A DNA stretch of 64,000 nt from an uncultured Chloroflexia bacterium (GTDB lineage: Bacteria; Chloroflexota; Anaerolineae; Anaerolineales; UBA4823), in NCBI GenBank assembly GCA_963788305.1, contig CAWBGK010000020.1, positions 81,390 through 145,389 on the forward strand. The letters are read 5' to 3'. A program made the position numbers and the translations under genes. Positions 12,073 to 23,059 of the stretch are shown in pieces. Every line of letters starts with the position of its first letter. The stretch's first letter is position 1. The notes under the pieces are model-generated. The model did no database searches. It was given only the letters and a program-made list of their open reading frames with translations, and was not told the DNA's origin.

Positions 12073-12957
12073 ATGAGACTTCTATTACTTGGAAATAAAG
12101 GCCAGCTTGGCTGGGAGCTGCAGCGTACGCTTTCCCCATTAGGAGAGCTGGTCTGTGTGGATTATCCTGAGATTGACCTGGTTCAGCCGGAAAGCGCCTG
12201 CAAGATGATCCTGGCGTGGCATCCCGATATTGTTGTCAACGCAACAGCGTTCACGATATTGGAAAATGCCGAAAGAGATGCTGATACTGCGTTGTTGATC
12301 AACACAACCGCGCCTGGAATGCTTGCAGAAGCTTCTCAAAAGATTGGCGCCGCTTTCATCCATTATTCTACAGACTATGTCTTCGATGGGACCAAGGGCT
12401 GCCCTTATATCGAAAGCGACGAACCCAATCCCCTCAACGTCTATGGGCGCACAAAGCTTGCTGGCGAACAGGCTGTCGCTGCTGCTCAAAAAGCCTGCCT
12501 GATTTTCCGCACCAGTTGGGTGTACAGCCTGCGGAGAGACAACTTTGTGACCAAAGTCCTGGGGTGGGCTCGTCAGAACAAAGAGCTTTTCATCGTAGAC
12601 GACCAGATCGGAAGTCCTACCTGGGCCCGAATGCTGGCGGAAATCAGCGCCCAGGTTCTCGCAAGAAGCGGCGCCCATCCATCAGATTGGATTGCCGAAC
12701 GACGCGGCGTTTACCACCTGGCGGGTGACGGCACTGCCACCAGATTAGAGTGGGCGACCGAAACGCTAAGGCTCGATCCTCATCCGGAAGAACAGCTTTG
12801 CAGTCAGGCGAGACCCGCCCAGACAAGCGATTTTCCTTCGCATGCCGTTCGCCCGCTTTATTCCGCCCTTGACTGCAGCCGGTTCATCAGCGTTTTCGAT
12901 CTGCGCCTTCCACCCTGGAAGACCGCCTTGAAGATGGCAATGGATACGGCAGGGTAG
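12073..12957 (+). CDS. rfbD: dTDP-4-dehydrorhamnose reductase
   Basis: GNKGQLG, STDYVFDG, YGRTK, DQIGSPT. Confidence 0.97.
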   Translation: MRLLLLGNKGQLGWELQRTLSPLGELVCVDYPEIDLVQPESACKMILAWHPDIVVNATAFTILENAERDADTALLINTTAPGMLAEASQKIGAAFIHYSTDYVFDGTKGCPYIESDEPNPLNVYGRTKLAGEQAVAAAQKACLIFRTSWVYSLRRDNFVTKVLGWARQNKELFIVDDQIGSPTWARMLAEISAQVLARSGAHPSDWIAERRGVYHLAGDGTATRLEWATETLRLDPHPEEQLCSQARPAQTSDFPSHAVRPLYSALDCSRFISVFDLRLPPWKTALKMAMDTAG

Positions 12958-12963
12958 AATTTT

Positions 12964-15900
12964 TTGATGAAAGATCAGCACCTGGAAAAATCAGCTCAGT
13001 TATCAGAATTTCCCAAACCGACTCTGGCGGTCTTCGCTGCAGATTATTGGGAACATGTTTGTCCCCAGATCCGCATTGCAAGACCAGCTAAATTTGCCGG
13101 CTTTCCGCTGATTCGCGGTTCGATCTGGGCCGATAGTAAGCTGACGCTTGTTCCCGACCAAATCAAACAAGCCGACCTGGTAGTGATCACGCGCGAATTC
13201 CCGATCTGGAGCTCCGAATATCACCAGGTAATGGAAGAAGCGCGTAAATCCAGCAAGTTCGTTGTGTATGAGCTGGACGACCTGCTGCTGGAGATCCCTG
13301 AACAGCACCCCGATTATGGCTACTATACGGCATCTCGTTCTGCGATCCTCCAGGCAGTTGTTGAAGCAGATGCCGTGGTCGGCAGCACGCCAGCAATTTG
13401 CGAGTATCTAGAGCAATTCAACCCGTCCACCCATCTTTGGGAAAATTACCTGGATGATAGTTTGTGGTCTTTCTCCACTCCCAATCAGTCGCCGGACCAT
13501 ACGCCGATCCGAATCGGCTATATGGGCGGACACAGCCATATCCATGATCTCAACCTGATCATTCCTGCTTTACAGCGGATTCTGACACAATTCTCCCACC
13601 AGGTTCAAATAACATTCTATGGGATCCAGCCGCCCAGCTTATTGAAGAATTTCTCGAATGTCGACTGGATTCCGGTTGCCTTCGGCTCATATCAGGATTT
13701 TGCGGCTTATTTTCAACATCAGAACTGTGATATTTTCCTGGCCCCCCTTGAATCCAATCTCTTTAATCACTGTAAGAGCCACTTGAAATTCCTCGAGTAT
13801 GGCGCTCTCGGTGTTCCAGGAGTCTACAGCCGTGTGAAGCCTTACGAGCGCTGCGTGGTCCAGGGCCAGAACGGATTTCTTGCCTCTGACAACGACGAAT
13901 GGGAAACGTATATCGCCAGGCTTATTGTTGATCCCGAGCTTCGCCTTCGAATTGGGAAGAATGCCCAGGACTCCGTTCGACAGAGCTGGCTGCTTTCTGA
14001 TCACTCCGAGATTTTTGCCGACCTTTACCGAAAATTCTCGCATAAACAGTCGGCGGTCGAGAAAAACTCGCTTGCGCAGCAGGTTGCCCGAAAAATGCAC
14101 TCTTTTCAAGAGGCGTTGGAAAAGGAGCTGCTCGAAAGCCGACTGGTAAGAAACCAGGTAGCATCCCTCCAAAAACAGCTGGTTGAAAAAGACCAGGCTC
14201 TCCTTGAAACGGACCGAGCCGCACAAAAATACTTCTACCTTTATCAGGATTTGGTGACTAGCCGCACCTGGAAATTGATGGAGCGATTGATCAAACTGAA
14301 GCTCCGGCTCGTTCCTCGGGGCAGCCTGAGAGAACGTGTGCTGGCCGGAGCCTATCATTCAATTTCTGCGCTGAAAAACAGCGGTATTAAATCGTTCGTC
14401 AGTCAGGCTCGTAGTGAAGCCATCCGGATCAGAAAACCCGATCAAACCTCGTCGATGCAGGACCCCAGGAAATTCAGTGCTTTGTATCCCGGTTCTGTAC
14501 CGCCAGGCGCACGCCTTTCGCTTCCAGCAATAGCCGTACTTCTCATCCAGTCTGAAAACAAGGTTTTTCCAGACACGGAGAGGTTTCAAAAATGGTTGCG
14601 CCGGCAGACGCTTCCCCAGGCGGCCAGTTTAATCCGTTGGGATATTTCGGCGTCTTGTGCTTGCTATCTGAATGATCCCTCTTCAGAATGGATAGCTTCG
14701 AGCGTGCCTGAGCTGCTGGAAGGAATCTCAGAAAAATATCTCGTCGCTGCATCCGAAGATTTGCTCCAAAGCGAAGAGTCCTATCTCGAAACCAACCTGC
14801 TGGCTCTGGAAACCGAGGGATTGGCTTTCACCGTCAATGTTCCTGACAAAGACGAAGCGTTCATCCAGGCTACTCGCCAGGGAAGACTGCCCGGCAGCCC
14901 AGATTTTCCTCTCCTGCGCATGATCGTTCAAAAAAACTGCCTCCGCCCGGACTTCTCGATCGATCTTTCTCGCTGGCAAGCCGGTCATCCAGATCAAGCC
15001 GAGAACTTTCGTGAGATCAACCGGCAGAACCCCTCAGCAGTTGCCGGAAAAATAATCTCTCATTTCACAAATCTCGTCGATGAGATGACCCATCTTCCCT
15101 ATGAGACCCAGGCAGCCCAACCATTAGGATTGGTTGAACGGCACCTGCTGGTGGGTGATTCTGGCTGGGATCGAGCCAGTTCATTCTTGATGCTCAATCC
15201 AGTGGATCAAATCATGCCAGCAGTGAGCGAGCCTTCGGATCTTCCTACCGTATTCGTGGTGATGCCTTTTCTGGCCGTCGGCGGCGCTGAAAAAGTCGCT
15301 CTTCGGGTCATGGAAAACCTTTCGGATCGCGTTCGATTTGTGGTCTTGACTTACGATTCGCATGACCATGCCCTGGGTACAACAACCGCTCATTTCCGGA
15401 AGATAACACCGTATGTTTATGAAATTCCTGAATTTCTCTCCAATGAGCTCAACGATTCTTTTACCGAGTATCTGATTCAGAGATTTAATCCAGCTGCAAT
15501 CTACATCGCCAATGGTTCGCCTTGGATTTACGATTCGCTGCCAGTAATAAAGGACCGGCATCCATCGATCCGGATCGCCAACCAGGTTTATGATACGCAG
15601 ATGGGCTGGATCAATCGCTACGATCCTGCCCTGTTGACTTTCATCGATGCCCACATCGGATGCAACTCAAAAATCAGCCAGGCTTATCTCGATAAAGGCG
15701 CTCACCCAGATACGGTCTTCTTCATAGAGAATGGCACAGACCCGGTTGAGCTTGATCCGCATCGTTATGATCGAGCTCAAAAAGACAACCTGAAAATCAA
15801 GCTCGGGCTCCCGCTTCAAACCAGGGTGGTAAGCTTTGCGTCAAGGCTCAACCCTCAGAAGCGCCCGATGGATTTTGTCGAGATGGCCAGGCGGTTCTCT

Positions 15901-16344
15901 GCCAGATCGGATATTTCTTTCTTGATGGTCGGCGATGGACCGCTCGCGGGGACGATCGATGAACAGATCCACAGGATTGGAGCGGCAGGTCTCATTCGCA
16001 AACCATTTTATCAACCGATCACGGATATCCTTGCGGTCAGCGATGTGCTGGTCTTGCCGTCTGAATTCGAAGGCAACCCCTTGATTGTGATCGAAGCCCA
16101 GACGATGGGCGTACCTGTCGTGGCTACAGATGTCGGCAATATCCGTGAGATCCTTGAACGTACTTTGGGTGGTGTCGTCGTTTCTCAAGTCGGGGATATC
16201 CCGGCGCTGATGGCCGGTGTAGAAAAAATGCTCGACTCCCGACCTCTGCCTGAGGAGATTCGAAACAGCACGCTCCAGCATTTCAACTGGAAGGATTGTG
16301 CCGAGAAACATCTCATGGCTTTCTTCGGTGCGCCAAATGCCTGA
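12964..16344 (+). CDS. Multidomain glycosyltransferase: GT-B domain, coiled coil, unknown domain, GT4 domain
   Basis: N-terminal YELDD...KSHLKFLEYG GT domain; heptad-rich segment ending SRTWKL; C-terminal VGGAEK...PSEFEGNP.V.IEA GT4 motif. Confidence 0.85.
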   Translation: MMKDQHLEKSAQLSEFPKPTLAVFAADYWEHVCPQIRIARPAKFAGFPLIRGSIWADSKLTLVPDQIKQADLVVITREFPIWSSEYHQVMEEARKSSKFVVYELDDLLLEIPEQHPDYGYYTASRSAILQAVVEADAVVGSTPAICEYLEQFNPSTHLWENYLDDSLWSFSTPNQSPDHTPIRIGYMGGHSHIHDLNLIIPALQRILTQFSHQVQITFYGIQPPSLLKNFSNVDWIPVAFGSYQDFAAYFQHQNCDIFLAPLESNLFNHCKSHLKFLEYGALGVPGVYSRVKPYERCVVQGQNGFLASDNDEWETYIARLIVDPELRLRIGKNAQDSVRQSWLLSDHSEIFADLYRKFSHKQSAVEKNSLAQQVARKMHSFQEALEKELLESRLVRNQVASLQKQLVEKDQALLETDRAAQKYFYLYQDLVTSRTWKLMERLIKLKLRLVPRGSLRERVLAGAYHSISALKNSGIKSFVSQARSEAIRIRKPDQTSSMQDPRKFSALYPGSVPPGARLSLPAIAVLLIQSENKVFPDTERFQKWLRRQTLPQAASLIRWDISASCACYLNDPSSEWIASSVPELLEGISEKYLVAASEDLLQSEESYLETNLLALETEGLAFTVNVPDKDEAFIQATRQGRLPGSPDFPLLRMIVQKNCLRPDFSIDLSRWQAGHPDQAENFREINRQNPSAVAGKIISHFTNLVDEMTHLPYETQAAQPLGLVERHLLVGDSGWDRASSFLMLNPVDQIMPAVSEPSDLPTVFVVMPFLAVGGAEKVALRVMENLSDRVRFVVLTYDSHDHALGTTTAHFRKITPYVYEIPEFLSNELNDSFTEYLIQRFNPAAIYIANGSPWIYDSLPVIKDRHPSIRIANQVYDTQMGWINRYDPALLTFIDAHIGCNSKISQAYLDKGAHPDTVFFIENGTDPVELDPHRYDRAQKDNLKIKLGLPLQTRVVSFASRLNPQKRPMDFVEMARRFSARSDISFLMVGDGPLAGTIDEQIHRIGAAGLIRKPFYQPITDILAVSDVLVLPSEFEGNPLIVIEAQTMGVPVVATDVGNIREILERTLGGVVVSQVGDIPALMAGVEKMLDSRPLPEEIRNSTLQHFNWKDCAEKHLMAFFGAPNA

Positions 16345-17377
16345 AATTTCAGTGGTCATCCCGTCTTACAACCACAGCAGCTACATCGACAAAGCAGTCG
16401 AGAGCGTTCTGAACCAGACCTTTGACGATCTGGAGCTGGTCATTGTTGATGACGGCTCGACGGATAATACCCTTGAAGTCTTGGAGGTCTATTCTGATCC
16501 CCGTTTGAAAATCTTCAGCCAGGAGAACCTGGGAGCGCATGCTGCAATCAACCGCGGGCTGGAGCTGGCTGAAGGCAAGCTCCTTGCAGTTTTAAATTCT
16601 GATGATTTCTACCACCCCAAGAGGCTTGAGAAAGCCGTAGAGGCGCTTAGAAAGACACCTCAAGCCGGTTTGGTTAGCTCATATATCCAAATTGTGGATC
16701 AGAATAACCATCCGATCGGAATTAAGCACGGATATCAAGACTATGAGCCCTGGCCATTAAAAAATGCAGAGCGCAGCTTTCGGGTCGGATCCGAATTGAA
16801 AGACGTGCTTCTGACGGAGAATTGTCTCGCGACGACATCTAATTTTGTGTTTCCACGCCGCTGTTTAGAGCAGGTGGGTGGATTTCGTCCCCTTCGCTTT
16901 GCTCATGATTGGGATTTTGCCTTAAGGATCAGCCGGATTGCGGACCTTGTTCTGCTCCCCGAGCCATTAATAAGTTACCGAATTCACCCGCAGAATACCA
17001 TTCGCAAAGATCAAAGCGCGATGATCTTTGAGATTTGCTGGATATTGGCGGTTCATCTGCCGTGTGCAGTCGCGGACCCGGATTTTCTGGGGGTTGACGC
17101 CCTGGAAAAACAAATCGATCAGCTGCTTCATTCCATCTATACTTTCAATTGCGATCGTGTGTTGAATATGCTTCTGCTGATGAAGCTGCACGAGCAACCC
17201 GAGCTGGCTTTAAAGCTCCTGCACCCTCAAAATCCGATCCGGACCATGCTGATTGAACACATCCAGGAAGAAAAATCTCGCCAAAGCAGCAGCGTCAGTG
17301 CTTCCGGCACGCAGTTTATCTGGGCGGCTGGTTTGATCCGCAGGCTTAAAAAGGCTTTTCGCAAAGATCTTGAATAA
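16337..17377 (+). CDS. Glycosyltransferase family 2
   Basis: ISVVIPSYN, VDDGSTD, LNSDD, HDWDF. Confidence 0.92.
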   Translation: MPEISVVIPSYNHSSYIDKAVESVLNQTFDDLELVIVDDGSTDNTLEVLEVYSDPRLKIFSQENLGAHAAINRGLELAEGKLLAVLNSDDFYHPKRLEKAVEALRKTPQAGLVSSYIQIVDQNNHPIGIKHGYQDYEPWPLKNAERSFRVGSELKDVLLTENCLATTSNFVFPRRCLEQVGGFRPLRFAHDWDFALRISRIADLVLLPEPLISYRIHPQNTIRKDQSAMIFEICWILAVHLPCAVADPDFLGVDALEKQIDQLLHSIYTFNCDRVLNMLLLMKLHEQPELALKLLHPQNPIRTMLIEHIQEEKSRQSSSVSASGTQFIWAAGLIRRLKKAFRKDLE

Positions 17378-17378
17378 T

Positions 17379-18444
17379 ATGAGTGGGGAAGTTCCCGATC
17401 TCAGCATCATCCTTCCTTGCTTCAACCGGGCGCACGACCTCGCCCGTGTGTTGAATGCCTTCGACCAGCAATCCGGATGGACCTCTTTTGAGCTGATTGC
17501 TGTGGATGACGGATCCACCGACGGCACCTACGAGCTTCTCAGCACATATCAACCCACAAGCTATTCCCTGCAGGTCGTCCGGCAGGAGCGCAATCAAGGC
17601 CCGGCTGCAGCCCGAAATGCCGGGATAAGTCAAGCAAAATCACCGATTGTTCTCTTTGCCGGCGATGATATTTTACCGGATCGGTATCTCGTGTCCGGGC
17701 ATCTGGCAGCCCACCGTTATTATCCAGGGAAGGAAATTGCCGTCCTTGGCAAAGTGATCTGGCCGAAGGACATGCCGGTCAACACCCTGATGGCGCATAT
17801 CGATGGGATTGGCGCCCAACAGTTCAGCTACCATTATCTTCGCACGGGGATGATGTACGATTTCCGCCACTTCTATACCGCCAACGTCTCAGTCAAGCGA
17901 GAGCTTCTGACGGAGCAGGACAAATGGTTTGATACCGATTTCCCGTACGCTGCGTTTGAGGATACTGAATTCTCCTACCGGTTAAGTCAGGCCGGGATGA
18001 AGATCATCTATTTAGAACATCTGCTCGGCTACCATTATCACTATCACACCATCTGGACCTTTTCCATCCGCCAGTTCAGAGCAGGGATGATGGCCTGTCA
18101 TGTGGTAAAAAAGCAGCCAGGGAGCAGGAATTTGGTCCTCGGCAGACGGTGGAAACTGCGCCTTCTCCGGCTTCAATGGTTGTCCGTCCTTAAAAAACCC
18201 GACGAGACAGCCGCTGCAGAGCTGGAAAGCCAGGCGCTCCACCTGGCCAGCCAATACGAGTGGAAATCGCATCCAGCGCTTGACCGGTTCTATCTGGGAT
18301 TGCTCTATTATTTCTTTTATAAAGGGACTTATTTTTGGGTCTTTTTCCGATGAAGCAAAAGCCAAAAAGATCAGCAGCCTGTTGGCCGGACGCATGCTCG
18401 CACCAATCTCAGCGCTGATCTCACAACAAACCGGCGGATCTTGA
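17379..18444 (+). CDS. Glycosyltransferase family 2 (indel near 18330)
   Basis: LSIILPCFNR, VDDGSTD, GPAAARN, FEDTE. Confidence 0.9.
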
Positions 18445-18448
18445 GTGT

Positions 18449-19231
18449 TCACACCTTCCGAAAAAGATACATGTCTTGTTCGGATGAATCTCGCACACCG
18501 CCTGACAGATGATCAACCAGGACCAGGTTCAGAGAGCTCTGCAGTTCTCGCATATACTTCTCGGAATGATAGGTTGCACAGGCGTTTGTCCCGCGAAGCT
18601 CCGCCCCAAAAACTATCACGCCGTCGGTCTCGAGTTTTTCAAGCCAGTCGCTCGAAAAACCAGATTTCCAGGCTGAACGTTTTCCATGGACTGTGATCAG
18701 CAAGTGACCGTCTGTTTTTACCACGCGTGTCAGCTCCTTGAACCAGGCTTCCTGCTGGTTGATATCGAAATGGGTGAAAACTGAATAGGCGTAGACGAGT
18801 TCAAAAGATTCGTCTGCAAAATCCAGCGGCGGATTGGCTTGATTGACTTTGAACTTTCCCATCTTGGAAAGTTTTTTCTGACACCACTCGATCAGGTCAG
18901 GATTGTAATCCGTTCCCCAGATTTCACATTGATGGCGAAGATCAGACCACCAACGAGTGATCCTCCCGCACCCGCAGCCGAAATCGAAGACCGATTTCAG
19001 CTCATTCACCTCCACACCATTCCTGCGCAAGAAGGTGGTAATCGCCTGATGCATAAAAAGCCCACCCAGCTGGTACCAGGCGATTTCTCTTGTCCCAATC
19101 ACCAAATTAATCAACTTTGCTGGCGGGAAAGGATACCCATCAAGCGATCCAATCAAGCGATAGCTCAGGTTATAGACATCAATTCGATACTTGCGGACAA
19201 TTCGATTTAATAATGACTTTGCTTTTCTCAT
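18449..19231 (-). CDS. Class I SAM-dependent methyltransferase
   Basis: VFDFGCGCGR motif I, YAYSVFTH, ELTRVVKTDG. Confidence 0.9.
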   Translation of the reverse strand: MRKAKSLLNRIVRKYRIDVYNLSYRLIGSLDGYPFPPAKLINLVIGTREIAWYQLGGLFMHQAITTFLRRNGVEVNELKSVFDFGCGCGRITRWWSDLRHQCEIWGTDYNPDLIEWCQKKLSKMGKFKVNQANPPLDFADESFELVYAYSVFTHFDINQQEAWFKELTRVVKTDGHLLITVHGKRSAWKSGFSSDWLEKLETDGVIVFGAELRGTNACATYHSEKYMRELQSSLNLVLVDHLSGGVRDSSEQDMYLFRKV

Positions 19232-20095
19232 GTTTCAATCCTTGATCGACCAGAGTGTAAAATTTTAGCCAGCTCCCGCATTTTTTAAGATATTTCCAGG
19301 TTATCGGGCAATAGGATAAAGGATGTCCATTAGGAGATGATCCTGAAATGCTATTATACATTCTCTCGTTCAATTGTCTTCTCCTGAGTCATATCGATCA
19401 ATCCAAGCTCTATCCGAAATTAAGGTTTTTTACACCGACCTAATCATTGAGATGTCCATCTTTTCGCAATCCATAAGTTGCTTTATAAGAGATATGCAGA
19501 ACAACGCCTTGAAATCCAAGACGATCTTTGGACTATTGTTCAAAATAGATATCTAATTCACGAAAGGAAAACAGGAATCTCTGCATATTTGTTTGTCAAC
19601 CAAAAAATCACTCCATTTTAGTATTTATGTACTACTAAAATCACAAAAGCTTGAGGTTTTCTAATTTTTCATAAAATCCTGAGAGAATAGCCGTGAACCA
19701 ATGGCGGCTATTCTTCATTTAAATGTACAAAAAAATAGTTTGTCGATTCCACCAATCCTGTTCTATATTAATAACAAATTAATAAGCAGCGCTTTCACAC
19801 TTGTAATTTGATAAGATCGCTTATCTTGTAAAATCTAGGTATGAAATAAAAAAAGTTCTTTTCACAAATTTTCTGAGATAGTGGATTCAATCGATTTATA
19901 ACGATCCATCCATGAGCAAGACGATCAGGCCGCTGGGCAATTTCCAGCAGTTGCTGCTGCGCTCGTTTATTGTTGAAAGAACGATTAACAAATAAAGGTA
20001 AATCAAAATTTGAATGTACTCTTCCGGTTCATCACTGCACATCGATCTGAGTTCGTTCAAGGTTGAATAACGAAGACAACCGGTAAGGAGAAAAA

Positions 20096-22731
20096 ATGCT
20101 AACCAAAAAATTACTTCAGATAAGCATGACCGTTTTGATGGTGTTCTCATACACCCAACCATCACAGGCAGCCTCCGTATTTGCAGGAGGCCCCGCTAGC
20201 AGGTCCCGTCATAAACGTTCCAGGAGACGCCAATACCGATCTCCAAACTGCGCTCAACCAGGTGCCAAATAACGGAACGATCGAGATCCAATCCGGGACC
20301 TACAGCTCGCCAACTCCGGCTTTTTCATTCAATGGGCAAGACCGGAGCTTCACCATCCAGGCCGCCGATGGTGCCAACGTGGTTCTTTCTGGCGCAGGCA
20401 ACCATCGGATCATCGAGCTGATCAATTCCCCGCTTGCGCATGTCGTGTTCAAGGGGATTACGTTTGCGAACGGCTACGATGCCAGTTCATCTCACGGCGC
20501 CGGAGTGACCGTTTCAAACTCGAATGTGACCTTCATCGATTGCATTTTCGAGAACAACCGTCAGGCTGGCTACCGCTATAACTTGAGCGCGGCTTCGGTG
20601 TTCGTGGGTGATGGTTCAACAGCGAATTTTTTCAGCACCATCTTCAGGAATAACACTTCAGAAGATGGCGGCTCTGGGATCGCCACACGAGATTCGACCA
20701 TTAATGTCCATAATTCCCAGTTCCTGAACAACACGACAACTTCAACGACTTATCTGGGTGTCCCAGTTGGCGGAGGCATTAATATCGCTAACTCTGTCGC
20801 CAGGGTCACAAACTCCCGCTTCTATGGGAACAATACTTTTGGACATGGATCAGCTATCTATATTATCGGAGAGTGGTTTAAAACCGGAAGTGATGTCATA
20901 GTAGCGAATTCCTCCTTCGAAAACAACCATGTTGTTCGCACCAACTCTGTTTTTGAGCCGATTTCAGGCGGCGGAATAAATGTTGAAGACAATACCCGAT
21001 TGAAGGTATACCATTCTCGTTTCATCAATAACAGCGCCTGGGTCGGCGGCGGGATGAGCATCTACCGGGCTAAAGTGGAGATCCGCGACAGCGTGTTCAT
21101 CGGTAACCGCGCCACCGATCCGGATCCAAACTCGGGATTCGGTGGGGCAATCTCCTTCAACATTAATGACCGCCCGGATGCCTCCAGCCTGCTTATTGAA
21201 GACACCTTGATCCAGGGCAAATACCCGGGCTACACAACCGTCGCCAAGTATGGCGGTGGATTACACGCCCATAACAGCGTCCCATCAACCAGGCCTCCCA
21301 TCACGCTTCGGCGAGTCATCCTGTAACGACCTGGATACCACGACAACGTCGACCAAACCCACCCTCGGGGCAGGGATCGAAATCGGGGATGTGAACTTCT
21401 TGATGGAAGACTTGATCGTCATGAACTGCGATGCTCGCGGTCCGCTGGGTGGCCGCGGTGGTGGTATGATCGCCTTCGGAAACACTAACATTAATATCCT
21501 TCGATCTGCATTTGCAAACAATTCGGCCGATTCGATCGGGGCAAGCCTCGAAACCTGGGGGTCTACGCTCAATGTCGCCAATTCCAGCTTCTTCAACAAC
21601 GTCCTCAGCCCGGGTGTGAAGGAGTATGCAAGCGGTTCGCTCGGTGCGGCCATTTTCTCCAGCCCGGATTTCGGCCGCAATTTGTCGATGAACGGCACCG
21701 TCGCGAACAATTTATTCCAGAACAACGACGGCCTGGCTGCATATGATGACGATCGCGCCACAGGATCACTCAATGCATTGGTCTACAATAACAATAGCTT
21801 TTACGAAACCACTTTTGGCGACAAAATCTATAGAGATTCACTCACCGATGTTCAATCCCCCGCTGGATTAAACAGCCTGGTGGTTTCCCGGTCAGGTTCC
21901 TCGACCGACAAAGCTCCTCAAAATAACAACCAGTTGCTTGCTAATTCATCAACGATCAATAAACTTTATGCTGCACCCAGCATGCTGCTGCCGGTTCTGG
22001 CAGCCGGCGAATATGCCCAAAGTACAACAGGCTATTTGGGTTACGGCTGGAACGGCTCTTCGGCAAATCTGGATGGATCGTCTCTATCCTCCCAAACGGG
22101 AGTTCAACCCACGACCACCACAGGGAATCACAGCATGAATGTCGACGGGACAAACTCGACCGTCCAGCTCCCAATGGGACCTGCCCCGGCTTTCAACGCC
22201 TCTATGATGTCCGGAAATCCATATTCAACCCTGAGTTGGGAGCACACCGCAGGTTCTTTCCTGGGCATTTATGCAAACCAGGGTCTTAATCTGTCCAACC
22301 AGAGCTCTGGGTCAGTTCAAGTTCAATCCACCAACCGCATCTATTCGGTCTATCTGGTCACAAAAGAAGGTGGCTTTGTCAAGTCATTTGACACGCGCAC
22401 GGCAAAGCTTTTCGCCCAGGACAAAATGACCGTCTTGATCAGTCTCGACCAGCCCAACCGGGAAGCATCTTTCCCAATCCAAAACATCGGCGGTTGGACC
22501 ATCGATTGGACTGCAGAGACCAGCACGCCCGACTTGATCCAGATAACAACTTCAAGCGGAACCATCACCAGTGTTGGAGCCGTCCCGTTCAATATTTTAC
22601 CGGACCAACCAGGCACATATAATGCCAAGATGGATATTGACGGCGGTCCAGCGGGCTTTGCCCAGGTGACGATTGAGATCATTGTTGTTGAAACGGTTGA
22701 AAACGTTTTTCTACCAGTTGTAAAGCGGTGA
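20096..22731 (+). CDS. Secreted right-handed beta-helix (pectin-lyase-like / Pmp-type GG..F..N repeats) surface protein, split by indels
   Basis: AAGGAG RBS, ATG 20096, signal peptide MLTKKLLQISMTVLMVFSYTQPSQA; repeated GGG(I/A)...F.NN units; indels near 20180 and 21325; ends VFLPVVKR. Confidence 0.8.
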
Positions 22732-22826
22732 GTAGTTTAAAACTGGCCGGCTGCGCCTCGCCCTGCCCCGGGAATTAATCCGGTTTCGCAAAAAGAGCCG
22801 TTCAGTCAGATGCCGGTTCTCCCTAG

Positions 22827-22884
22827 AACCTGCCAATCGTCCACTTTTTCAAATAGAATTTGTGGCCGAAAGGCAGGTTTTTTA
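22827..22884 (+). terminator. Intrinsic terminator
   Basis: AACCTGCC...GGCAGGTT stem with inner TCGTCCAC/GTGGCCGA pairing, followed by a T-tract. Confidence 0.65.
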
Positions 22885-23059
22885 TTGCCTGATCCATCGG
22901 CGCCAGCAGCCATACGACAAATGCTCATTCATTCAAGAAAAGCTTGCAGGTCTATCCCTCCTTTCAATCCTGGCATCGTGCTCGACCCCCATCAATGTTT
23001 ACGAATGGACATTTCAGAAAAAATCTGTTAACATATTTTTTTATGACCAAGATAACCAT

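Noticed and set aside
19374-20165. Small ORFs in the AT-rich gap (60 aa +, 89 aa -)
   Set aside because: No RBS, motifs or host-like codon usage.
22740-22830. Possible riboswitch downstream of the beta-helix gene
   Set aside because: No match to c-di-GMP or other consensus motifs I can recognise; only the terminator hairpin is supportable.
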